The notes beneath the pieces were generated by a model. It did no database searches. It saw nothing but the letters and a program-made list of their open reading frames with translations, and was not told the origin of the DNA. A DNA stretch of 64,000 nt from Mytilus trossulus (Eukaryota), in assembly GCF_036588685.1 (NCBI RefSeq), contig NC_086381.1, positions 62,744,001-62,808,000 of the forward strand, given 5' to 3'. Of this stretch, positions 13,067-24,975 are shown piece after piece. A program made the translations under genes and the position numbers. Numbering within the stretch: the first letter of the stretch is position 1; every line of letters starts with the position of its first letter.

Positions 13067-14850
13067 TAAAATTGAGAATGGAATTAAGTAATACAAGACT
13101 AACAAAGACCAGAAACTCCTGACTTGGGACAGGCGCAAAAGTGCGGCAGGGTTAAACATGTTTATGAGATCTCAACCCTCCCCCTATACCTCTAGCCAAT
13201 GTAAAAAAGTAAACGCATAACAACACGTACATTTAAAATTCAATTCAAGAGAAGTCCGAGTCTGATGTCAGAAGATGTAATTACAGAAAATAAACAAAAT
13301 GATAATTATACATAAATAACAACAGACTACTAGCAGTTAACTGACTGCCAGCTCCAGACTTCAATTAAACTGATTGAAATATTAAGATTTCATCATATGA
13401 ATATCAGGCACAATCCTTCCCGTTAGGGGTTTAGTATCATACCATCATAACATATATGAGAAGAACATAACCCGTGTCATGCCAACAACTGGTTTTTGAA
13501 TAAATGTGTTTAGTTCCGATGCAGAGACCCTATAAGTGAATCAATATTAACGCAAAAATAGGCAATCTTTAATGACCTGAAAACATTATTTCAACTATAT
13601 CCCTTCTTAATAAGTCTATTTAAAGGTTTTGTTAGTTTCTGCGGTGAATACTGACATTTTTGTGCTTGATAAAGAATATTTCCACAAAAAAACTTGATGT
13701 GAAATACCTAAACGTATAAGAAGTCTGCATGTTGAGCTATATTTACGAATGATGTCCTTAAACCGATGATAAAATTTAGTAAATGTTTTGACTAGTTTGT
13801 GATATCGAAAACCCTGGTGTAATAATTTTTACAATAGGAAATGAAAAATCATCTCTTTTATCATAAAGTTTAGTATTAAGCTTTCCGTTAGTGATATAGA
13901 AATCAAGATCGAGGACAAGCCAGTGGTCATTGTAGTATTAGCTTTTAATTTTATTTAATGTAAGTTCAACAGGATAAATTTCTTCAGTATACATACTGAA
14001 GTCGTCATTATTGAGAGCCAAAATGTCATTCAAATATCTAAAAGTATTATTAAATTTGTTTATCAGATGTTGTTTCGATGGGTCTTTGCTGTTTTTTGTC
14101 ATAAATTATAACTCATAGCAATACAAAAACAGGTCCGCTATACGTGGTGCACAGTAAGTCTCCATTGGAATTCCGATAACCTAACGATATACGGAATCTC
14201 CAAAGAGAACAAAAATGTTATTTAGTAAATATTCAAGGGCATACATAGTATCAAAGCATGTCCAATTGACACAGTTTTTGTGTTTGTTGCTACTAAAAAT
14301 TACATAAAAGAGTTAGAACATATATATTAACATTCTGACTTTTTAAATGCCCATTTAATTAGGTGGGTGATTTTTTTTAATGAGAATGTGAGGCAATGTG
14401 GTATACAGGGTAGAACAATCAAAACTTTGAACAGATTCAAAATCACAAATATAAGCATTCAATTTATCAAGTTCTTCCAACGAGTTCTTGACACTCCAAA
14501 AGTAATTAATTCCACTATTCTCAAAAGCCTTATTTGAACAATTTATTATCAGGTTTTATATTGTACCAAATGTACTGGTAAGAAGAAAAGACAATTTAGT
14601 TGTGGAACAATGGCTTGAAGAAGTAATAAATCTATATTTGTAAGGTGTTTTGTGGAGCTTCGGAAGCCAATACATAGTAGGGACTTTCATTGTATTTGGT
14701 TCTGCTTGTAAAGAGGAAGCTAAAAGTTTATGTTTGCTACATATGTTGTTTTATGAAAATGGAGTCAGTTGGAATGTTGGTGAATTGGTAATTTCTTTTT
14801 TCAGAACCTCAATGTAAAGTTTACGCCAAACAATAATAATATTATATTAT
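13067..14850 (-). mobile_element. Penelope-like retroelement (probably Naiad-type), 5'-truncated and decayed, in gene B intron 1
   Basis: Minus-strand RT remnants ALEYLLNNIFVLFGDSVYR*VIGIPME..CAPRIADLFLYCYE and FRYLNDILALNN, with stops and frameshifts, followed by a long 3' tail. Confidence 0.8.
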
Positions 14851-15060
14851 ACATACCAGAACTGAATATATTTACCCCTAAAATGTAGTCTAACAGAACA
14901 GGTACTGCAATTTGATAAAACACAAAAGTATTTTATCTTCATTTTATTTTCAATTGAATTTTACAATGAAACAAATGCAACTAAAATAAAAACTGCATAT
15001 AATAATAACAATGTAATGGAGTATCTAAATTACAACACTTATTTATGTTTTATTTTTCAG

Positions 15061-15429
15061 ATGTTTATTCTATTACTGTGAGAATAAATCAAAACATATC
15101 TGGAGTAATAGATGAAAGTGGTACACAAATAAAATGCTCATTCACAAGGCATAATGTTATTAAAATATTTGCCATCGAATTTAAAGCTGAAAATGAAACA
15201 GTTGTAACCATTTTACCAGACGATAAACCAAGATTTACAACAAAAGGACAGTATCTGGAAGACAGAGTGACAGTGATGAATATAAGTAAAGATTCTACGG
15301 AGGCTATTTTGACATTTATTTACCTTACCTGCACGGATCAAACTAATTATAGTTGTTCAGTTCTTTATCTTGACCAGAACAGTAAAACAGAAAGAAGAAA
15401 CTCAGGAATGTCAACTCTTTTCGTTAAAG
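15061..15429 (+). CDS. Gene B exon 2, Ig V-set domain
   Basis: Phase 1-1, 369 nt. B-strand Cys (QIKCSF), YLEDRVTV, DQTNYSC (DxxxYxC), STLFVK; acceptor tttttcAG, donor GTAAT. Confidence 0.9.
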
Positions 15430-16167
15430 GTAATAATAATGTAGGCGAATATTAGAAAGCTGACCATTAATATACAAACAATTTGTTTATAGAAAAAGAA
15501 ATTAAAATAAATATTGATCACATCTTGAAAATATCAAATTATAATATTCATATAACCCAAAAATTAGACTACCAGGATATGCTTTCATAATGCTTGTACT
15601 GATTAATTGTCTACGATATACAACATTTATCATAATGATAAGCAAACATAAATCATAGTTGATTAAACTTTAAGATTATCTATGGTAATTTTACATAACT
15701 TACGATTAAGTTGTATTCCTTTTTAAAGATGAAAAAAAATACCAAAAATACGATTTTCTTATCTTTTCATGTTGTGTTTGTTGAACTTGTTTCTTAAAAG
15801 AGTGATAAATTAATGGCAAATGAATTTACAGTTGAATAAACAGAGTAGAGCCATACAAGGGAAAGCCCTACTTAATTTGAAACAATCATTTACGGTACAC
15901 CGTTTTCGGAATTTATGTCATATTGCCTTAAACAGTATATATTTGTTTAGGAGCCAGCTGAAGGACGCCTCCGAGTGCGAGAATTTCTCGCTACATTGCA
16001 GACCTATTGGTATCCTTTTGCTGTTGTTTTTTCTATGGTCGGGTTGTTGTCTCTTTGACACATCCCCATTTCCATTCTCAATTTTGTGCATGTCAGTTAA
16101 CAAATGTATGGTTTATATCGTCTGCCGAGAAAACCAAGCTGACTAATTATAATTATTTATTTTGCAG

Positions 16168-16656
16168 TTCCACCTTCCAAACCTTATGTTATAACTATAG
16201 TTAGTTCACCAAAAGATGTCACAACTACCCCAACAACGTTAGAAAATGCGACTAATCCTCACGTTACTGCTCCACAAAATAGATTTAAAACGACTAATAG
16301 CCAGATCAATTCGAACCAGCACACAACAAATGACGAGCAGTTTAAACATGAACCGTCATTTAACTCCACCATCTTACAGATAGGAGATGAAATAACATTT
16401 ATTTGTAGTGGAAATGTTGGAAATCCACCAGGTGTATTCATCTGGCAAAAATATAGGCATGGCGAAAATCCAACAAATTATACAAATATAACTACAACTA
16501 TCCAGGAGTTATCTGATATTTGCTCCTACAATGGTACAAGTACCTTGAAAATCCATGTAACTGATGAGGACAACCAGGCCATCATTCGATGTAGTTTAAA
16601 TTCAACATTAGCGCAACCAAGTGTGTATACAGATACAAAACCACTGGAGGTTCAGT
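16168..16656 (+). CDS. Gene B exon 3, Ig C2 (CD80/nectin-like) domain with Thr/Asn-rich insert
   Basis: Phase 1-1, 489 nt open: VPPSKP...GDEITFICSGNVGNPPGVFIWQKY...STLKIHVTDEDNQAIIRC...LEVQ; donor GTAAGT. Confidence 0.9.
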
Positions 16657-17221
16657 GTAAGTAGTTGTTCATTTTCTTTTTAATTATAACATTCTGTTTT
16701 TTTAATAAATTGAAATTACAAAAGTGAAACAAAATTGTGAACACTAACTTAGTGTTGTCTAGAAATGTATGATCAGCTGGTATTGTACAGGCGTTCAAAT
16801 AGCATTACTTATTTTATACTTTGACGTTTATATAAGTCATAAAATATATAATTCTTGATTGCAATCCTGTTTCTACTGAACCATATACTACTACTGTAGT
16901 AAATGAATATGTTCACAATGCTCCTTTAAAAAACCCATCCACATGATCAAGATACCTGACATTAATATAAGTTGTCAGCTTTTCCATGTCAAGAGTAGTA
17001 TTCATAAATAAGACCAAAAAATATTCAGCTTGGATAATGTATGTATGTATACTATATGGTCTCCTCTACTGACTGCATAATAGCACTTTTATGATAAGAT
17101 TCAGTTTGTAGGTATAGTACAAGTTGAATTAAACGCATGTTACAGTTCATGCATGATGTATGTTAAGCATTATGTTCTGGTGTTAATCAATGATCGAATA
17201 AAATTTTTCTAATCTTAACAG

Positions 17222-17338
17222 CTCCTGATTATGATACTACAATAGAATTTATACGAACAACGTTAGTTACTACGAGAGACAATACTGTTTCAGATTCAAC
17301 CAATCAACCAGAAGTGGACAGTGCCAGTGGAAACATAG
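17222..17338 (+). CDS. Gene B exon 4, stalk
   Basis: Phase 1-1, 117 nt: SPDYDTTIEFIRTTLVTTRDNTVSDSTNQPEVDSASGNI. Confidence 0.75.
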
Positions 17339-17997
17339 GTAATACCTAGTTCATAATGTCTGTGGTTTAACACTTTTACATTAACATAAAAAAAAATGAT
17401 AAAACTGTAAAAGATGATGGATTTAAAATTCAAAATATTTTTTTTTCTATAATGTCCTGTACCAAGTCATGAAAATGGCTATTTTTATATTATAGTTCGT
17501 TTCTGTGTGTATTACATTTAAAGGTTGTGTTTCTGTTGTGTTGCAGGTTTCCTTTTCTATAAGTTGTGTTTCCCTCAGTTAAAGTTTGTAACCCGGATTT
17601 GTGTTTATCTCTCAATCGATTTATGAGTTTCGAACAGTGGTATACTACTGTTGCTTTTATAATACGTTGAAACCTGTTTAAACGGCCTTTCTCTAGATTT
17701 CAGGAGTACAGAAGGGACAAAAGATACCAGAGGCACATTCAAACTCAGATAGAAAATAAACTGACAACGTCATGGCTAAAAAAGAAAAAGAGAAGAGAAC
17801 TAATACACAAAAAAAACCATAGAAAACTAAAATGAAGAAACACGATTACCTACAATAACTGGGATTGATCTCAGGTTCTGCGGATGGATAACAGATCTTG
17901 CTCCACATGCAACACCGGTCGCGTCTTGCTCATGTTATTTTGAACCCAGTAAATAATCTAATTATAAATATATACTTTTGTTTGTCTCTTTTCGCAG

Positions 17998-18082
17998 TTG
18001 TTCTTAGTGTATGTATTGGTATAGCAGTCTTGCTTTTAGTGATAATTGGAATTTGGTGTTTTTACAAACCAAAGGGAGAAAA
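17998..18082 (+). CDS. Gene B exon 5, transmembrane
   Basis: VVLSVCIGIAVLLLVIIGIWCFYKPKGEK; acceptor ttcgcAG, donor GTAAGT, phase 1 to 2. Confidence 0.85.
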
Positions 18083-19142
18083 GTAAGTTATTTGAAGTTA
18101 TTTTACTAAATTTTCTATATTACGGATTATATTTGAAACTGTTACTGGTTAAGAATAAATCATTTACAGCTGTGCATCTTCGACGAGCATAATTTAACAA
18201 TCTATTTAACAAGTATAAATAGTTTGGTTTGTCGAATACATCACACATTGAATGATTCTAAACAATAAAGATAGAAATGGAAGATGCCATGCTTATTTGC
18301 TTCTGCAACTTTTCATTTTTCGACAACAAGTTTTAAAATGTTGTAGATTGATATTTCCATCAGACTATTGGTACCTCAAAAAGTATTGCTGTGAACCCTA
18401 CTGACCGTTTTGTTTACATTTTCATATTAGGCAGACAAAAACTTTTCAAAGACAAAAAAAGATAAATCACTTGTAAAGTTATTTAAATGTTTGCTTTTCA
18501 AATATCCCTCAAATAAGAATTTTTGATAAATTTGAGGAATTTAACGTTCAAAATGCCATTATCACTGTCAGTAAATTTCCCTATGCCCCATTGTATTGCG
18601 TTTGAATATCCCAATCAAAACGCCAAGCTCATACATGTCAAGCATGTTCTCACAATACGTGCTTGAGCTTTTGATTTCGCCATTTTATAAGGATTTAACT
18701 TCTTCACGGTACTTATATCCAGTCTTACAATCTGTTCCAATAGATTTAGCAGAAATCGGGTTGGTTATCGACTTAAAATATTATATATTTAGTTATCTGC
18801 ATGAATTGGCTGTCCTTTACGTTTGGTTTGTGTCTCCGGCGACGTGCCACACGTGTTTTCAGTCTGAGACCTTTTTATGTCATAACAGTTTTCCGAAGTG
18901 CTTTTTTATCGACTATGTCCTTTAAATGATTTTGACATTTTCACGGAATGTGCGTTCGCATAGTGCATGAATGAGACACTTATCTTCCAATCAGCCAATA
19001 ACCTTTGGGTGTTAATTCTATTCCATCAGTTAATGTGTATAACCTTTATATCCATTATCCTATATGGTTGGTGGGATTTGAAAATCAGAAAAGTACTTGT
19101 ACTTAAAGTAAGTAAATGATCATGAGTTGAATTTTCTTTCAG

Positions 19143-19361
19143 GAAAGCAAGTCGATATCAGGTTACTGAAAAATCTAATATTAGCCAATCAAAACAAACG
19201 ATTTATTTTAAACAAGTTTCTCAGGCAGACAGTTATGAAAAAATCCCGTTGAAAATTGATACTGGAAAAGAGAAAACAACGGTTGACATTGATGACATTA
19301 AAAAGCAGAATATGGTATACATAGTAACACAGAAAAAAGATGATGAAAATAAATTTTCCAC
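19143..19361 (+). CDS. Gene B exon 6, cytoplasmic, Tyr-containing
   Basis: Acceptor tctttcAG; KASRYQV...TIYFKQVSQADSYEKIPL...DDENKFST; donor GTATGT; phase 2-2. Confidence 0.75.
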
Positions 19362-20091
19362 GTATGTATTAGAAACATATTTTATATAAACGAAGCAATT
19401 GATAAGGGCTTTTTTGTAGCTGAGTAATACAAAATGTGGGCATAGTTTCTTTGACTTAACGTTTATTGATATTGATTCAATGTTGAAGGTCTAATAATAA
19501 TTATCTTATTGTTACTGGCTTTTTTTAACATTATGTTTAACTACTTTTATGCAATGTGAGGATATTCTTTGTTTCTAGAACACATGTCCTTAGTGTTGAT
19601 GTGATTGTTGGTACTTACCGTAACGCTTTTAGAAATTATCAAACACTGTGTCAATATATGTATATGTACTACCATGTCCAGTATTTAACAACATAAATTG
19701 TCTATACCAGCTCTTAATCAAGTGTATCAATTTTTTCTAATTTCATCAAATTCTAAAAAAAAAAGCAGCATTGATATTTTAATAAAGACAGCTATAAACA
19801 CCGTTCCTTGCTTAGAACAGGCATACATTTGTTAGATTTTTAACAAGTGTGTACAAAAAACCGATATAAATGGTACAGTCAAGGCACGTCACACAAATAA
19901 CAAACATGTGTTAGCTTCGAACTAACTAGTGAACACGATGTTTCTGCTAAACAGCCTCGTCTTTATTTCCAAAACGCTATTAGTATTTAGAATTAGAATA
20001 ATAACAATCGTTATCGTTAGGAATGGAAAGTTTATGTTTCTGATTGTACCTGATAATATAATAACAATAAAAATATTTGACGTCTATTTAG

Positions 20092-20254
20092 GTTTCGCAG
20101 AAATTCTCCATTCCAACATTAAGAATATGCTCAAGTGAATGAAACAGATAAAACACAGCATATAAATAATACGCAGATCCAAAACAATTATACTCAAAGG
20201 GGAATGCAGTGTCAGGATTCACAAAAAAGGATTAACGACCATTCGGCAAAATAA
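20092..20254 (+). CDS. Gene B exon 7; TAA at 20120-20122 precedes an in-frame EYAQV tail ending at 20254
   Basis: FRRNSPFQH*EYAQVNETDKTQH...HSAK*. The product is 457 aa to the first stop and 501 codons to the second. Confidence 0.6.
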
Positions 20255-21857
20255 ATAAACAAACAAAACCTTAGTGATATAGCATTCAATGTCATTAAAG
20301 AAACAAATGATTAGTTTTCTCTTTTGAATTGTTTTACATTGTTCTATCGGGGCCTTTTATAGCTGACTATGCGGTATGGGCTTTGCTCATTTTTGAAGGC
20401 CGTACGGTGACCTATAGTTGATAAAGTTTGTGTCATTTTGGTCTTTTGTAGATAGTTGTCTCATTGACAATCATACCACATCTTCTTTTTTATAGTAGGT
20501 AATTTTATAGGCATACCTTTATATTTGACATCTTCATCTTTTATTATGACAGATGATTCATACAGAGGCTCTGTGCACAAATGGACCATATGATACCTTT
20601 GACAACCAGTTGGAACTTCTGTTAAACGGCGCCGATGTTGTTGAGTTTTCGACAAACTTTGCGCACACTTCTAACTTAAAGATATTATGTAAATGTGTTG
20701 TGAATCATCTACGTTGTTATAATTGTGTTAAATGTATTAAATTTTTTAACCTTACAACTTGTCTTTTTATCAGGGAAAGTTCAGTTTTAACTATATTCTT
20801 ATTAAAGTAGAATTATGGTGTAATTGGCTATGGTTTAAATTTTGGTAAAATATTTCAGTGCAATTTTACCACCACTAAATGAAATACAAAATGTACCATT
20901 GATACGATGTGTCTGAGCGACATTCTCGCTGTTTGAGACATGAAATGTAATAGACATACGATTTTATCAGTTTCCTGATTGTTATATTCTGTCTGTGTGT
21001 CCATCTGATGATCACGTCGACGTACCCTGTTTTGATCAGTTTCAGGGGTTGTGTGATTCCCTTTTTTTCTATTTTGTTTAGATAAACAAAAAGGTATCAC
21101 TTTATTGATGATTCATATTCGATCATTTGTAATCGACTTTTGTCCCCAAACGAATTGTAATTGTGTTTGAAAAAATATATCAAATTCATTGGAATCAGCA
21201 CATTTACCGGAATATACGTGACAATGGTATTTTGAAATATTCATTTGAAATTTAAACGGACCTAAATAAATTGTATATAAAAAATTCCAATTTCTGTGGA
21301 TGATTTGTGAAAGTTCGGGCTATTTCTATAATATTTTATAACAATAGTTATCGTCAATATGCATCTTCTTAAGACACTTTGACATTAATTAGTTTCAATT
21401 TAAATCATCTCCGGAAAATATCAAATTAATACATATATAGTAATTTTGAAGATTTTAAAACTTAATACGCTCGTGAAACATAATGATTACAAGTATGAAA
21501 TATGACGTTAGTAATCGATAGCTGATAAGATGTGTCATGTATCAAATTGCATAGTCACATGCTTTGACAAACAATAATTTCTTTATCAGCTATTTATAAA
21601 TACAAAGTGTATTTGTATCTTTAACAATATAGTTTTGGCAAATTTACATTACTTTTGTCATAAGCTTAAGTAGTTCGTGACCACAAGTCAATAAAACCAC
21701 ACGTGTGTAATTGAAAATAATTGTAACACTAACCAATAAAGAGACGACTGGAAGACATTTTTATTAATATCAAATATATCTATCAATTATGGACTTTTGA
21801 CGAGGCCAAAATGTTATATATGAACCTGTTCAGATTATATTTACGGAAGACGAAGTC

Positions 21858-23735
21858 AAAAGTAAAATCACAAAAATACTGAACTCAGAGGAAAATCAAT
21901 TAGGAAAGTCCATAATCACATGGCAAAATCAAATAACAAAACGCGTCAAAAACGAATGGACAAGAACTGTCATATTCTTGACTTGGTACAGGCATTTTCA
22001 AATGTAGAAAATGGTGGATTAAACCTGGTTCTATAGCGCTAACCCTCTCATTTTAATAACAGTCTCATCAAATTCCGTTATATTTACATGATGCGTTAAA
22101 TAAACAGTCACAGTTAATAAAATAGTCAAAATATGGGTACATCAGTCATCATCGTATAACAATTTTAAAAGGGGACAATTTAACCGAACCCAAAAACATC
22201 TTCTATCTACGAACACATTAATTGATTTGAGTGTCTGACGTCAGAAAATTTTATACGTCACATAAATTTGTCGTTCAATGTGCATACAAACAGTTTTAAA
22301 ATTTACATAGGCAATGTAAGCATACAGGGTTAAAAAATCAAAAGTATGTAAGAATAAAATACAGAAATAGACCGATATTAAAACTAGTCCAAAAGTTATA
22401 GGTAGAATTTATGAGAATCCAAAAATAGTTAATACCACTACGCGATTAAATGATTTTGACGTTTGTGGTTCAACGTATATAGTAATTCATAATAGAAATA
22501 TATCATAATGTCATATAATAGACCAATATAATACTGACGGGATCTTTTAAATTACAGAGTCACGTAATAAGAAGAAAAGAAATACAAAAAGTCGCATATA
22601 CAAAACAAACCACAAAAAAATGAAAGCCAATACAAACACATTGACGAGATGTATAAGTACCGAGCCACGTCAAACTGATATCACATTAAACCATTCAACA
22701 GTAAAAGTAATATTAATACTAGAACAAAGACAAATGAAAGAACAATAAAACATGTTGTTAAGATGATAAACAACATCAATACGCATAATCTATACATCAA
22801 GACCATCGTGTATTATTTGAGAAGATGATACGGAATATTTATCAACAAGGTCTTGATACCTTCCGATGAACTTTTTTTAGAGAAAGGACGAGACGTTCTT
22901 TGACATATCCCTGGTTCATCAACTTTTTACTCAGACACTGATGACGTTTTACAAAGTCTGAGTAGGAGCTGCAAGCTCTTGAATATCGAATAAGTTGGGA
23001 AATATATATTCCATATGCAGGTGAAGTTGGTATATTGCTACAAAGGTGGGGGGAATTTATAATTTCAAAATTAAAATCGTCTCGTTTGTCATAGATTCTG
23101 GTACTGAGATGACTGTGTAAGTCAAATTCGAGATATAAGTATAAAAATGAGGCGGAGGAAGCTGTGTCTGTTGTTTCTTTGATCTCTAGTTCTGGGGGAT
23201 ATATCAATTGAACCCAATCAGAAAAGTTCGGATTGTTTATGGAAAGAACATCATCAATATATCTGAAAGTGCAATTAAATGATCTGGCTTCTTTGATCCT
23301 CTTGTTTTTTTACAAGTGTCTGGAGGAACTCCGATTCATATGAAAATAAGAAGAGGTCGGCAAGAAGAGTCGCACAGTTTGTTCCGATAGGAATGCCGAC
23401 AATTTGTTGGAAAAGTCTACCTCCAAACTCAACAAATATGTTGTCGATAAGAAACTCCAGCATACTGACAACTTGTTCTTTTGTGTAGCATGTTTTACCT
23501 TTTTGTTTGTCACTATTAACGAAATATGCCTTATGAAGTCCCAAAGTAATAAATTATAGCGTATGCTACCATTTTTATGTTGAAAGGCATTGTGGATAAT
23601 TTTTTGTAGGCCATTTTTTACTTTTACATGGGGAATGGTGGTATACAGGGTTGAAAAATCAAAAGTTTTGATGGAATTAATTTCAGAAAAAGACCGAGAT
23701 TTTAAATTGTCTAGATGTTCTTTAGAACTTCTAAA
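21858..23735 (-). mobile_element. Penelope-like retroelement (probably Naiad-type), 5'-truncated
   Basis: RT motifs KTFDFSTLYTTIPH, FLIDNIFVEFGGRLFQQIVGIPIGTNCATLLADLFL, RYIDDVLSINN, YDKRDDFNF and PAYGIYISQLIRY, with frameshifts; ~1 kb 3' tail. Confidence 0.85.
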
Positions 23736-24975
23736 TTATTCGTTTAATGTATAACCTTCCAACAGCCTTTCTTTCTTTGTATGCTTAGGTTTTATGTTAA
23801 AAGCGACGGCTTTTTTCGGCTGTAGTTTATTTCCTTCCATGCCGGCAAAGGTGTTTGCCATATTAATTTGTACTTGCATCTCGGTGGTCTTTTTGCTCAT
23901 GAATGCGACCTCATCTGCACATGCGCTAGTATTACAGAGAATATTTCCAATTTTACATCCTACATTTGATGTTTCCACCATATTAAGTAGAGGATTGGTG
24001 TAAAGCTGGTATGGGTCCGTACTTATAGGACCATTCCCTGGCGTACTCCTCGTAGTACATTAATTAGCTCGAAAGTTTTGTCATTCCATTTAACTGCACT
24101 TGTTGCAATTGTGTGCATACTCTGAATGAGTGTCTAGTGTTTCTAATCAATCCTGCATGATAGAGCCGCTTCATAAAATGGGAATGTATTACTACATCAA
24201 ATATAAAATAGAAGATGTGTTATGATTGCCAATGAGACAACTATCCACAAAAGACCAAAATGACACAGATATTAACAACTATAGGTCACCGTTCGGCCTT
24301 GCGTCCAGCAGTACACGTTCATATTCTTGATTATTATCTTTGGCTTCAAGGTATATTTCGTCAACCGGTAAAACTGCATTTGCCGGTCCTGAGCAGGCTG
24401 TAAATCTTCGTTGAGTTACACTTTGTGTTGTAAATACTGCTGGGTTGATCCTTACTATTACATTTGTTTCTATCTCTTTGTTTAACACAGGTAATACAGT
24501 GATTCCTCTGTTATTAATTGCTATGTTTTTTCGCCTTTGTTCCTAAACACGGGGGTGAGTAATCCCTTCTTTAGCATGTCTGGCACCTTGCTTTCTTTGA
24601 ATATTATGTTAATGAGGTTCAATAGCAACATTTCCATTTTTTTCCCTGCATGCAATATATGTTCGACAGTGTTTCCATAGATATCAGCTGATTTGCCTTT
24701 ATTAATTGATTCTTATCTTTCACCATCTTTGTAATTAATCCTATTTCATATTCTACTTCCTGGTGATATTGTCTATTCTCTAAGACTGTAGGTTCCTCTG
24801 ACTTTGCTAAGTTTCTAAAGTGCTGCCTGAAGCCTTCCACAACATTTTGTTCACCAGACATACATATGTCTCCTACATGCATGATAGCATTACCCCTGGA
24901 ATTTCTACTGCTTTTTACAAGTTGGTGGAATAGTTTTGTATCCTTTGTTCTTGTTTCCATAATGACCTCATGACG
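23736..24975 (-). mobile_element. Decayed non-LTR (RTE-X/L2-like) LINE RT fragment, interrupted by a short repeat at ~24203-24300
   Basis: KKGLLTPVF, RGITVLPVLNK, GVRQG and GCKIGNILCNTSACADEV (ADD motif) in order on the minus strand. Confidence 0.75.

Noticed and set aside
20553-20810. Extra cytoplasmic exon of gene B (GPYDTF)
   Set aside because: It has an acceptor but needs phase 0; a phase-2 join from exon 6 gives an immediate stop, and I found no suitable donor.
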